Origin: Polyangiales bacterium
Lineage (GTDB): Bacteria > Myxococcota_A > Polyangia > Polyangiales > JAFGIB01
Direction: 5' to 3'
DNA: 64,000 bases
Assembly: GCA_036382515.1 (NCBI GenBank)
Contig: DASVHQ010000289.1
Location: 8,176 to 72,175 of the forward strand
Under the pieces are notes generated by a model. The model saw nothing but the letters and a program-made list of their open reading frames with translations, had not been told where the DNA came from and did no database searches. A program made the position numbers and the translations under genes. Positions 40,312 through 49,394 of this stretch are shown here, in pieces; positions within the stretch are counted from its first letter, which is position 1; each line of letters begins with the position of its first letter.

Positions 40312-40737
40312 TCAGTCCTTGTGCACGTCGGCGGCGATGCGGTCGAGCACGCCATTCACGAACGCCGCGCTCTCCTCGTTGCCGAAGCGTTTCGCGAGCT
40401 CGACCGATTCGTTCAGCGTCACGCGGCTCGGCACCGCGGCCACGTGCAGTAGCTCGTAGGCGCCCAGGCGGATGATGTTGCGGTCGACGCGAGCCATGCG
40501 CTCCAGGCGCCAGTGCTTGCTCACGGCGCGGATCCGCTCGTCGATTGCCTCACGCGTTTCGCCGTAGCCGCGCACCAGCTCGTTGGCGAAGTCTTGGCCT
40601 TCGGGCGCCTGACCTTCGGGCGTGGCTGCCATGTTGGCCCAGAACAGCTCGATGGCCCGTTCGGCGTCCACGCCGGCGACGTCCATCTGATAGAGCATCT
40701 GCACGGCCGCTTCTCTGGCTTTACGTCGCGAGCCCAT
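40312..40737 (-). CDS. nusB: transcription antitermination factor NusB
   Basis: MGSRRKAREAAVQMLYQMDV.... Confidence 0.93.
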   Translation of the reverse strand: MGSRRKAREAAVQMLYQMDVAGVDAERAIELFWANMAATPEGQAPEGQDFANELVRGYGETREAIDERIRAVSKHWRLERMARVDRNIIRLGAYELLHVAAVPSRVTLNESVELAKRFGNEESAAFVNGVLDRIAADVHKD

Positions 40738-40838
40738 GGTTCTTCAAGGAGCCTGCCTTCGGCTGCAGGCGCCGCGCGCATCATAGCTGGTTTCGCTCGC
40801 GACGCACGTTCGGCGCAGGCTGCTCGATGCGTGGTGGC

Positions 40839-41348
40839 TCAGCGGCCGCGCGCGCGTGCGGGCGCGAGGCCTTGGCCTGCCAGCTGCGAGACCAGGCTCG
40901 CCATCTCGAGCGCAGACAGCGCGCATTCGCTGCCCTTGTTTCCGGCTTTGGTTCCGGCGCGCTCGATGGCTTGCTCGATCGTCTCGGTCGTGAGCACGCC
41001 GAAGATCACGGGCACGCCGCTGTTCATGGCCACCTGTCCGCAGCCCTTGGCGGCCTCGCCGGCCACGTGCTCGAAGTGCGCGGTCGCGCCCCGGATCACG
41101 CAACCCAGCGCGAGGATGGCGTGCACCTTGCCGCTGTCGGCGATGCGCTTGCAGGCCACCGGGATCTCGAACGCGCCCGGCACGCGCACGAGGCTGATCC
41201 GCGTGTCGTCCACGCCGTGTCGGCGCAGCGTGTCGAGCGCGCCGTCGACCAGCCGATCGACGATGAACTCGTTGAACCGCGCCGCGACGATGGCGAAGCG
41301 CGCGTCCTTGGGCGCGTTGTAGTTACCTTCGATGATCTGCACGGGCAT
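40839..41348 (-). CDS. ribH: 6,7-dimethyl-8-ribityllumazine synthase
   Basis: [21 protein letters not shown]...[12 protein letters not shown]...[16 protein letters not shown]. Confidence 0.95.
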   Translation of the reverse strand: MPVQIIEGNYNAPKDARFAIVAARFNEFIVDRLVDGALDTLRRHGVDDTRISLVRVPGAFEIPVACKRIADSGKVHAILALGCVIRGATAHFEHVAGEAAKGCGQVAMNSGVPVIFGVLTTETIEQAIERAGTKAGNKGSECALSALEMASLVSQLAGQGLAPARARGR

Positions 41349-41355
41349 GGCTTCC

Positions 41356-42525
41356 TCAGTGGGTCGTACGCACAGGGTTCTTCTTGTCGTCGGTTTCGGT
41401 CGGGGTGCGCAGCAGTACCTGCTCGAGCACCTCGAGCTCGAAGCCGTCGACGGCGACGATGCGGCTGACGCGGTTGGTGAGCACGCGCATCTTGCGCACG
41501 CCCAGGTCCATCAACACCTGCGAGCCGAAGCCGACTTCACGCAGCACGACCTCGTGCGCGGGTGCGGGCCGGATGCTCGTGGCCTCTCGCCCCAGGTGGT
41601 ATTCGAGGTCCGAGGCCAGGTCGCCGCGCGGCGGGATGTAGAGAATCACGCCCTTACCTTCTTGCTCGATGCGCGCGATCGCCTCCGAAGCAAGCACGCG
41701 CGTGCCGTGACGCGCACCAAACACGTCGCCCAGCACGGAACCCATCTGCACGCGCACCAGCGTCGGTGACGCGTCGATCTCGCCGAGCGTCAGCGCCAAC
41801 ATTTGGTTGTAGCCGCGGTCGCCCTCGGTCTCGTAGACGTGTAGCTGCCAGGCGCGCTGGCCAGGCGGCAGCGCGATCTCTCCGCTCGAGACCTTGCGGA
41901 CCAGTCGCTCGTTCTGCAGCCGGTACTGGATCAGATCGGCGATCGACAAGATCCGCAACCCGTGGGTCTGGGCGAAGCGCTCGAGGTCGCTCATGCGCGC
42001 CATGCTGCCGTCGTCGTTCATGATCTCGCAGATCACGCCTGCCGGGCTGCGCCCGGCGAGTCGCGCGAGGTCGACCGAGCCTTCGGTGTGACCCGCTCGC
42101 TGCAGCACGCCACCGGACGCCGCACGCAGCGGGAAGATGTGCCCCGGGCTCACGATGTCGTCGGCCTTGGCGCGCTTGGCGACGGCGACCTTCACGGTGT
42201 GCGCACGGTCGGCCGCGCTGATGCCCGTGGTGACTCCGTGTCGGGCCTCGATCGAGACCGTGAACGCCGTGCCGCTCTTGGTCTGGTTGTCGTCGACCAT
42301 CATGGGTAAGCCGAGCTCATCCACCTTGCCGGGCTCGAGCGTGAGGCAGATCAGACCGCGTCCGAAGCGGGCCATGAAGTTCACAGCGTCGGGCGTCACG
42401 AGGTCGGCGGCCATCACGAGGTCGCCCTCGTTCTCGCGTTGCTCGTCGTCGACCATGACAACCATCTTGCCGGCCGCGATGTCTTCGAGCGCGCGATGCA
42501 CGCGTTCGATGGCGTTACTACGCAT
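41356..42525 (-). CDS. ribB: 3,4-dihydroxy-2-butanone-4-phosphate synthase with a C-terminal RibA-like domain lacking the zinc/catalytic motifs (RibBX-type)
   Basis: The RibB half is intact ([33 protein letters not shown]). In the C-terminal half, the expected VRVHSECLTGD...RCDCG is [11 protein letters not shown]...RHGTR and QEGRGIG is absent. ATG 42525 with GAGGAA upstream. Confidence 0.85.
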   Translation of the reverse strand: MRSNAIERVHRALEDIAAGKMVVMVDDEQRENEGDLVMAADLVTPDAVNFMARFGRGLICLTLEPGKVDELGLPMMVDDNQTKSGTAFTVSIEARHGVTTGISAADRAHTVKVAVAKRAKADDIVSPGHIFPLRAASGGVLQRAGHTEGSVDLARLAGRSPAGVICEIMNDDGSMARMSDLERFAQTHGLRILSIADLIQYRLQNERLVRKVSSGEIALPPGQRAWQLHVYETEGDRGYNQMLALTLGEIDASPTLVRVQMGSVLGDVFGARHGTRVLASEAIARIEQEGKGVILYIPPRGDLASDLEYHLGREATSIRPAPAHEVVLREVGFGSQVLMDLGVRKMRVLTNRVSRIVAVDGFELEVLEQVLLRTPTETDDKKNPVRTTH

Positions 42526-42642
42526 GTGTGTTCCTCGGCTGTGCGTCCCGGGGTACGCGGGTGACGTAGACATAGCGTCCCGGGCACATGGGGTCCAGGG
42601 TAGCGTCTTTCCGCGCCCTCCAAGACTGAACGCGCGTGAGGG

Positions 42643-43761
42643 TCAACGCACGGTTGCAACGTGATCGAGGTCGCCCGTGAAGAGCACATCATCCCCATGT
42701 CGCTCGATGCGCAGGGCGCGCAGCTGCCAAGCCTGCGCGATCAGCCTTCGACCCTTGCCCTGGGCGAGCGGGACGGCGCGTGCGTCACCCAGGAGCTTGG
42801 GCGCGACCCAGATCGCGGCGCGGTCGACGAGGCCCGCGTCGAGCAACGCCCCGTGGACCTGCGCGCCCCCTTCGACGAGCAAGCGCACCACGTCGCGCTT
42901 CGCGAGCTCGCGCAGCACGCGGCGCAGGTGGAGCCCGCCACCTCGGCTCGCGGGCACCTCGACGAGCTCGATGCCTGCCTTGGCCAGCGCACGCGCCTTG
43001 GCTGCGCTCGCCGCCTTGGCGTGGAAGATCACGGTGCGGACTTGATCGGCGCTTTGCACCAGCTTCGAGCGCAGCGGCGTGCGCAGGTGTGAGTCGAGCA
43101 CGACGCGCATCGGATTGCGGCCACGTACCCGGCGCACGGTCAGCTCCGGATTGTCTGCGAGCACGGTGCCCACGCCGACCAGCACGGCGTCGGACTTGGC
43201 GCGCAGCTGGTGTGCGTGCTTGCGCGCTCGCTCGCCCGTGATCCACTTGGAATCGCCGCCGCGCGCGGCCAGCCGCCCGTCGAGCGTGACCGCCGCCTTG
43301 AGCGTCACGTACGGCATGCGGTGCAGCATGAACTTCTCGAAGTCGGCGATCAGCCAGCGCGCGCGCTCGCGCTCCACGCCGAGCACCACCTTCACGCCGT
43401 TGCGCCGCAGCCGCCGCGAGCTGCCGGGTACGTGCGGTGCCGGGTCTTCGCAGCCGACCACGACGCGCGCGATTCCGGCGGCGACAATGGCCTCGGTGCA
43501 GGGCGGCGTGCGGCCATGATGATTGCAGGGCTCGAAGGTCACGTAGAGCGTGGCGCCGCGCGCGCGCTTGCCGGCCAGCTGCAGCGCGACCACCTCGGCG
43601 TGCGGGCCACCACAGCGCGCGTGGTAGCCCACGCTGATGATCTCGGTGCCGCGCGCCACGACCGCGCCCACGTGGGGGTTTGGGCTGGGGTCGCCGCGCT
43701 CGGCCGCACGCAGCGCGCGCCGCATCATGCGCGTGTCGAGCTTTTCGTGCGCGTCACTCAC
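42643..43761 (-). CDS. ribD: riboflavin biosynthesis deaminase/reductase
   Basis: HAEVVAL...[12 protein letters not shown] deaminase motif plus a reductase domain. Confidence 0.93.
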   Translation of the reverse strand: MSDAHEKLDTRMMRRALRAAERGDPSPNPHVGAVVARGTEIISVGYHARCGGPHAEVVALQLAGKRARGATLYVTFEPCNHHGRTPPCTEAIVAAGIARVVVGCEDPAPHVPGSSRRLRRNGVKVVLGVERERARWLIADFEKFMLHRMPYVTLKAAVTLDGRLAARGGDSKWITGERARKHAHQLRAKSDAVLVGVGTVLADNPELTVRRVRGRNPMRVVLDSHLRTPLRSKLVQSADQVRTVIFHAKAASAAKARALAKAGIELVEVPASRGGGLHLRRVLRELAKRDVVRLLVEGGAQVHGALLDAGLVDRAAIWVAPKLLGDARAVPLAQGKGRRLIAQAWQLRALRIERHGDDVLFTGDLDHVATVR

Positions 43762-44224
43762 TGTCGTTCTTCGGCTGCGTCAGCAGGTGTGAGAGCTCGG
43801 CCATGAACTCGTGGATGTCCTTGAAACTTCGGTACACGCTCGCGAAGCGCACGTAGGCCACCTGGTCGAGCTCCTTCAAGCCGCGCATCACGACTTCGCC
43901 GATGCGCGACGAGTCGATCTCCTTGTCGCCCGACTCCACCAGATCACGCTCGATCTTGTCGACCAGCGCCTCGAGCTTGTCGAAGGGCACCGGGCGCTTC
44001 TCGCAGGCGCGGCGCAGGCCGGCCATCACCTTCAGGCGGTCGAAAGGCTCGCGCCGGCCGTCTTTCTTCACGACCATCGGCAGCACCAGCTCGATGCGCT
44101 CGTAGGTCGTGAAGCGACGCGTGCAGCGCTCGCACTCACGGCGGCGGCGCGTCACCTCGTCGCCCTGTGAGAGGCGTGAGTCGATCACCTTGTTGTCGAT
44201 GCAGGCACAGAACGGGCACTTCAT
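43754..44224 (-). CDS. nrdR: transcriptional repressor NrdR
   Basis: [19 protein letters not shown]...[13 protein letters not shown] zinc ribbon plus ATP-cone. Confidence 0.95.
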   Translation of the reverse strand: MKCPFCACIDNKVIDSRLSQGDEVTRRRRECERCTRRFTTYERIELVLPMVVKKDGRREPFDRLKVMAGLRRACEKRPVPFDKLEALVDKIERDLVESGDKEIDSSRIGEVVMRGLKELDQVAYVRFASVYRSFKDIHEFMAELSHLLTQPKNDSE

Positions 44225-44264
44225 GGCGCGCGCAACCTAATACGATGGGGTGCCAGGGTTCAAC

Positions 44265-45572
44265 TCATGCTTGCTCCGAGGCCGGGCCACGCACCAAACG
44301 AACGACCGCCTCGACGTGCGCCGTCTGGGGAAACATGTCGAGCACGTGCGCGCGGTCAATCAGGAACCCGAGGGCACGCAGGGCACGCAAATCTCGCCCG
44401 AGCGTAGTCATGTGGCACGACACGTAAACGACGCGAGCCGGCTTGTGACGCGCGACGAGCGTGGCCAGTGATGCTGCGCCGGCGCGGGGCGGGTCCAGCA
44501 CCAGCACGTCGAACCGTCCGGTCACCTCGAGCTGCTCGGTGCTGCCCGCGATGACTCGTACGCTGGCAAGCCCGCGTTCGGCCAGGTTCGCGCGGCAGGA
44601 CTCGGCCGCGCGTGCGTCGGCTTCCACGGCGCAGAGCGAGGCCGCAAGCGGCGCCAGCGCCACCGTGAAGTTGCCGTGACCGGCGTACAGCTCGAGCACA
44701 GCGCTGCTGGCAGGCTGCGCGAGCTCCACCACCAGCTCCGAGAGGCGTCGGTTCACGGCGCTGTTGGCCTGTGAGAAGCCGGTCGCCGCGGCGCGCAACG
44801 GCAGACCATCGAGCCCCACGCTCTGTGCTTCCACCACGCCATAGGTCGCGGCAGCCCCCTGCTCCACGCGCAGCGCCACGCCGGCGATGCTCGGCTGCTC
44901 CGACAGCGTCTGCGCCGCCTTGTACACCTGGGACGTGGCGGGCTGGTCGCAGTCGACGCTCACGACCACCTGTTCGCCTCGCGCCCGCTGCAGCTCGATC
45001 TCACCCGTGCCTTGCAGGTGCGGGAGGAGCCGCGCTCGCACGGCGCCGAGGGCCGTGTCGAGCTGGGTCTCCAGCACCGGGCAGCTCGCGACATCGACGA
45101 TCGTGTGCGACTGCGCGGCGCGGTAACCGAGCAACACCTGCCCGCCGACGCGACGAAACGACATGCGCACCCGGCGCCGGTAGTGGAGCGCCGCGCCCAC
45201 GTCTTCCATCACGGCGACCACGCCCGGTGCGCACACGCCTTCGATCGCGCGCTGCACGTGCGCGAGCTTGAGGCGGCGCGCGGCCGCGGCTTGCAGAGCC
45301 ATCAACGGGCACCCGCCGCAGCGTTCGGCCAGCCCGCACGCGGGGGCGACTCGGTCGGGCGAGGCTTCGGTGACCTCGACGACGCTGCCGCGCAGCACGC
45401 CTTGGCTGCGCGCTTCCACGAGCACGCGCACCTGCTCGCCGGGCAAGCCGCCGCGCGCCATCACCAGGCCCTGCTCGGTCTCGATCACCGCCTCGCCGGC
45501 CTGCGTCACATCCCGCACCCGCCCCGCGAGCGCGGGTTGCGACGAGCGGTTGGGTCGGGGGCGGCGGTTCAC
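44265..45572 (-). CDS. RumA/TrmA-family RNA (uracil-5)-methyltransferase
   Basis: Fe-S cysteines CGLAERCGGCPL, a SAM fold, and the catalytic-Cys motif YVSCHMTTLGRD. Confidence 0.85.
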   Translation of the reverse strand: MNRRPRPNRSSQPALAGRVRDVTQAGEAVIETEQGLVMARGGLPGEQVRVLVEARSQGVLRGSVVEVTEASPDRVAPACGLAERCGGCPLMALQAAAARRLKLAHVQRAIEGVCAPGVVAVMEDVGAALHYRRRVRMSFRRVGGQVLLGYRAAQSHTIVDVASCPVLETQLDTALGAVRARLLPHLQGTGEIELQRARGEQVVVSVDCDQPATSQVYKAAQTLSEQPSIAGVALRVEQGAAATYGVVEAQSVGLDGLPLRAAATGFSQANSAVNRRLSELVVELAQPASSAVLELYAGHGNFTVALAPLAASLCAVEADARAAESCRANLAERGLASVRVIAGSTEQLEVTGRFDVLVLDPPRAGAASLATLVARHKPARVVYVSCHMTTLGRDLRALRALGFLIDRAHVLDMFPQTAHVEAVVRLVRGPASEQA

Positions 45573-45601
45573 GGGCGAGTTATAGCAGTCGGTCCGGAGT
45601 C

Positions 45602-46666
45602 CTAGACGATGTAGCCGCCGCCGACGACCCGGTCACCCGCGTAGACGACCGCCGCCTGTCCCGGCGCGATGGCCTGCTGGGGCGTCGTGAAGTGCGCAAA
45701 GAATCCGGACTCGGTGGGCGTGACCAGCGCTTCGGCGGCGCTGTGGTGCGAGCGGATCCGCACCTGGCCCTGGAACGGCGTGGCCGGCTTGGCCGCCGTC
45801 CACACCACCGACTGCGCTTGCAACTCCCCGCGCGACAACGCTTCCGCGGAGCCGACCACGACCTGCCGCGTATCGGGTATCACCTTCAGAACGTAGCGTG
45901 GAGTCGGCCCCGGTATTCCGATGCCGCGCCGCTGCCCGATGGTGAAGCCTTCGACCCCCTGGTGTTTGCCCAGCACCCTTCCTGTGTCATCCACGATGTC
46001 GCCGGCCTGCCCTGCATCGGCGGCGTGTCGTTGGAGAAACCCGCGGATGTCGCCGTCCGGCACGAAGCACAGCTCCTGCGAGTCGGGCTTGTTCCAGTTG
46101 GGCAGGCCGAAGCGCTTGGCCACCTCGCGCGCGTCTTCCTTGCGCAGCTCGCCGAGCGGGAGCACGAGGTGCCGCAGCACATCCTGCGGCACGCCGAAGA
46201 GGAAGTAGCTCTGGTCCTTGTCGGGATCGAGGCCGCGCAGCAGCTCCATGCTGCCATCCGCGTTCGGCTGCACGCGCGCGTAGTGCCCCGTGGCCAGTAG
46301 GCTCGCCCCGAAGCTCTGGGCCAACTGCCACAGCCGGGCGAGCTTCACGTGTTGGTTGCACGCCACGCACGGGATCGGCGTCTTGCCTGCGAGGTTGGTC
46401 TCGATGAAGGGTTCGACCACCTGGCTGCGGAAGGCCTGGCGCTCGTCGATCACGTAGTGCGGCAGGCCAAGCAGGTCGCACGTGCGCCGCGCGTCGTCGC
46501 GATCCTCGGGCGCGCAGCAGCGGCCGACCTTGTCCTCACCTTCCGCGTCCCACAGGTGCAGGGTCACGCCCACCACCTCGTGGCCTTGCTCCTTGAGCAG
46601 CGCGGCGGCGAGGGACGAGTCTACACCGCCGCTCATCGCGACAAGCACGCGTGTCGGGCTCGACAT
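45602..46666 (-). CDS. mnmA: tRNA 2-thiouridine(34) synthase
   Basis: PP-loop VLVAMSGGVDSS and catalytic cysteines in PCVACNQHVK and SQELCFV. ATG 46696 is an alternative start. Confidence 0.95.
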   Translation of the reverse strand: MSSPTRVLVAMSGGVDSSLAAALLKEQGHEVVGVTLHLWDAEGEDKVGRCCAPEDRDDARRTCDLLGLPHYVIDERQAFRSQVVEPFIETNLAGKTPIPCVACNQHVKLARLWQLAQSFGASLLATGHYARVQPNADGSMELLRGLDPDKDQSYFLFGVPQDVLRHLVLPLGELRKEDAREVAKRFGLPNWNKPDSQELCFVPDGDIRGFLQRHAADAGQAGDIVDDTGRVLGKHQGVEGFTIGQRRGIGIPGPTPRYVLKVIPDTRQVVVGSAEALSRGELQAQSVVWTAAKPATPFQGQVRIRSHHSAAEALVTPTESGFFAHFTTPQQAIAPGQAAVVYAGDRVVGGGYIV

Positions 46667-46840
46667 GGGACGCTCCTGTTGCCGCATGGACGGCACGAGG
46701 TCAAGCAGGCTTTCTCTTCAAAGGAACGCGATCGTCTCAGCGTACCGCACCGTGAAAACCTACAATTTCATGGCGTTCAGACCCGAAGCGCGGTTTGTGC
46801 TGAGGCTTTAGCCCGCGAGCTCGACAGCACTTGAAGATTG

Positions 46841-47974
46841 TCACGCGGGCGGCCGCGCGACCACTCGGCGCAGCGCGGTCAGCACGGATTCCACATCACT
46901 TTCGGTGCTTTCGACGCCGAAGCTCAGACGCAGTGCCGAGCCAGCGCGCCACGCTTCGTCAGGGTACATGGCGGCCAACACGCGCGACGGCTCGCTTGTG
47001 CCGGAGGAGCATGCTGCGCCGCTGCTGCAGGCGATCCCTTCGATGTCGAGCGCAGCGATGAGCGCCTCGCCGCGCCAGCCGCGCCAGCTGGAGTTGCTGA
47101 CGGTGGCCACGCGCGCGCCGTCGGCCGCGTTGCTGAGGCCGCCCAGTTCGCGCAGCCCACGCTCGACCGCGTCGCGTAGCGCTGCGATGCGAGGCTGGGC
47201 CGCCACGCGCTCCGCAGCCAGCTCGCATGCGAGACCGAAGCCGACTTGCGCCACGACGTCGGGGGTGCCGGCGCGTCGACCGCGTTCCTGCGCGCCGCCG
47301 AGCATGCGCGGCGAGAGCTGCACGCTCCTTCGCACCCACAGGGCGCCCGCGCCAGCCGGTCCTCCGAGCTTGTGCGCGGCGAAGGCCAGCACGTCGGCGC
47401 CGAGCGCGGCGACATTGACGGGTAACTTACCCAGCGCCTGCGTGGCGTCGATGATGCACAGCGCACCCGCGCTCCGGCACGCCTCTGCGTAGGCCTGCAC
47501 TGGCAAGATGGTCCCGGTTTCATGGTTGACCCACTGCACGACGAGCATGCGGGTGTCGGCCGTGAAGCACGCGCGTAGCGCGGCGGCGTCGGGAGCTCTG
47601 CCGGCGGGCACCGCGAACCACGAGACCGTGGCTCGACCGGATGACTCGCAGTGGCGCAGCGGCTCGGCGGCTGCCGGATGCTCGATCGTGCTCGCGACTA
47701 CGTGGACGGTTGACGCCGCCGGAAAGCTGTCCACCACGCCCAACACGCCGAGGTTGCATGCCTCCGTGCCGCCGCCGGTCAGCACCACGTCGGCGGGGCT
47801 CGCCCCGATGGCTGCCGCCACGTGCTGACGCGCCTGCTCGAGCAGTGCGCGACTCTGGCGGCCGGGGCCGTGGATGCTGGCAGGGTTCGCCCAGCCTTGC
47901 GCGCGCGCGGCGTCCATCGCGCAGAGCACACGCGGGTCGGTCGGCGTGGCCGCGTGGTGGTCGAGGTAGATCAG
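46841..47974 (-). CDS. NifS/IscS-type cysteine desulfurase (YrvO-like partner of MnmA), apparent CTG start
   Basis: (L)IYLDHHAATPTDPRV..., the PLP motif AHKLGGPAG and the active-site loop SSGAACSSG. The 584-aa ORF in the track (46841..48595) is this gene plus an out-of-frame readthrough of the kinase 3' end. There is no ATG, GTG or TTG in frame near the conserved N-terminus. Confidence 0.85.
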   Translation of the reverse strand: MIYLDHHAATPTDPRVLCAMDAARAQGWANPASIHGPGRQSRALLEQARQHVAAAIGASPADVVLTGGGTEACNLGVLGVVDSFPAASTVHVVASTIEHPAAAEPLRHCESSGRATVSWFAVPAGRAPDAAALRACFTADTRMLVVQWVNHETGTILPVQAYAEACRSAGALCIIDATQALGKLPVNVAALGADVLAFAAHKLGGPAGAGALWVRRSVQLSPRMLGGAQERGRRAGTPDVVAQVGFGLACELAAERVAAQPRIAALRDAVERGLRELGGLSNAADGARVATVSNSSWRGWRGEALIAALDIEGIACSSGAACSSGTSEPSRVLAAMYPDEAWRAGSALRLSFGVESTESDVESVLTALRRVVARPPA

Positions 47975-49278
47975 GCCTGCGGCTCCCGGCGAGCGGGCCG
48001 CGGCCGCACTGTCAGCGAGATGGCGGTGCCGGGCAGATTCCGACCTGCCACGGTCTGCTGTGGCGGGCTGCGCACCTCGATGCTGCCGCCCAGGGCCTCG
48101 GCCACGTGGCGCGCATACGCCAAGCCCAGCCCGACGCCGCCGTGCATGCGCGTGCGCGATCCGTCGACCTGATAGAACGGCTCCAGGATGCGCTTCTGCT
48201 CTGCGTCCGAGATGCCCGGTCCGCTGTCGGCCACCACGACCTGATAGCGAGCTTCGGCGCTCTCGGTGCCGCCGACGCTGCGAATGCCGACGGCCACCTC
48301 GGCGCCACGCGGCGAGAACTTCGCGGCATTGTCGAGGATGTGCACCATGGCGCGGCGCAGCTTGTCGGGATCGCCGCGCGCGGGCATCTCCACCTGGACG
48401 TCTTCGCAGACCACGCGGATGCCGGCCTGCTTGAAGCGAGGCGCCGTCTCCGTGATGGCGCGCTGTACGACGTCGGCGAAGTCGTAGTTGCGCTCGTACA
48501 GGTGCAGCCTGCCGGTTTCCAGGTGGCTCACGTCGAGCAAGGTGTCGATCAGCGAGCGCAGCTTCTGGGTCGAGGTGCTGATCGACTCCAGGCACTTGCG
48601 CTGCAGCGGCGTGAGCGGGCCAGCCTCTTCGTCCAGCAGCAAGCGCAGATAGCCCACGACGGGCGTCATGGGCGTCGCGAACTCGTGGCTCAGGTTCTGC
48701 AAGAACATCTGCCGCAGCTGAGCGCTGGCCTCGAGCTTGGCGTTGGCCTGCGACAGGCCAGCGACGGTCTGCTCCAGGCGCCCGACGATCTTCTGGGAGC
48801 GCGTGCGCAGGATCTCGGCGCTGTCGCTGTCGCGTTCGGTGCGCTCACTGTGGCCGGCCAGGTACTTTGCCACCTGCTCCGCGAAGCGCTTGGCGTCGAT
48901 CGGCTTTTCGATCAGGCCGTCGGCACCCATGGCGAGGCTGGTCTCGCGGTCGCCCTCGGCGGTGATGGCCACGATGGGTTTGCCCTGCATGCTTGGCATG
49001 CCGCGCAGGCGCAGCGTGACCTCGTAGCCGTCGAGATCGGGGATGTTGATGTCGACGAGCACGGCGTCGGGGCGCTGTGCCTCGGCCAGCCGAATGCCCT
49101 CGAGGCCGCTCTCGGCGTCGATCACCTCGTGGCCTGCGGCCGAGAGGAGCTTCCGAACGAGCAACCGGTTGACCGGGTCATCCTCGATGTGCAGGACGCG
49201 CGCCACGTCGGCGGAGCCTATCACCGGCGCGCCGACCACGTCGATTTCGATGCCAGTGCGTCGAGGTGAGCCGTTCAT
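47971..49278 (-). CDS. hybrid response-regulator receiver / histidine kinase (REC-HisKA-HATPase, no sensor domain seen)
   Basis: REC: VLHIEDDPVNR...AVLVDINIPDLDG...KPIVAITA. HisKA: LSHEFATPMT. N box: ILDNAAKFSP. G boxes: DSGPGI, GGVGLGLAY. ATG 49278. Confidence 0.9.
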   Translation of the reverse strand: MNGSPRRTGIEIDVVGAPVIGSADVARVLHIEDDPVNRLLVRKLLSAAGHEVIDAESGLEGIRLAEAQRPDAVLVDINIPDLDGYEVTLRLRGMPSMQGKPIVAITAEGDRETSLAMGADGLIEKPIDAKRFAEQVAKYLAGHSERTERDSDSAEILRTRSQKIVGRLEQTVAGLSQANAKLEASAQLRQMFLQNLSHEFATPMTPVVGYLRLLLDEEAGPLTPLQRKCLESISTSTQKLRSLIDTLLDVSHLETGRLHLYERNYDFADVVQRAITETAPRFKQAGIRVVCEDVQVEMPARGDPDKLRRAMVHILDNAAKFSPRGAEVAVGIRSVGGTESAEARYQVVVADSGPGISDAEQKRILEPFYQVDGSRTRMHGGVGLGLAYARHVAEALGGSIEVRSPPQQTVAGRNLPGTAISLTVRPRPARREPQA

Positions 49279-49394
49279 CCGTGCAGGCTTGCGTAGCGGC
49301 AGACGGCCCGGTATCTGGTCAGCCTGCGACGGCCCCTTTGCGTAGAACCCCGCACAGCCGTGCCGATCGCGCGCCGAGACCAAGAAACAACGAC

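Noticed and set aside
42526-44264. FMN riboswitch upstream of rib genes
   Set aside because: The nrdR leader is only about 40 nt. The 117-nt ribD-ribB spacer lacks the conserved RFN core sequences as I recall them.
46841-48595. 584-aa ORF in the track
   Set aside because: It is a composite. Only 46841-47974 is cysteine desulfurase. The upstream 200 codons are an alternative frame of the histidine-kinase 3' region and read as Arg/Gly/Pro noise.
49279-49394. Cobalamin riboswitch upstream of the B12-dependent mutase operon
   Set aside because: The 116-nt divergent spacer is too short and has no B12-box-like GCCACTG element.
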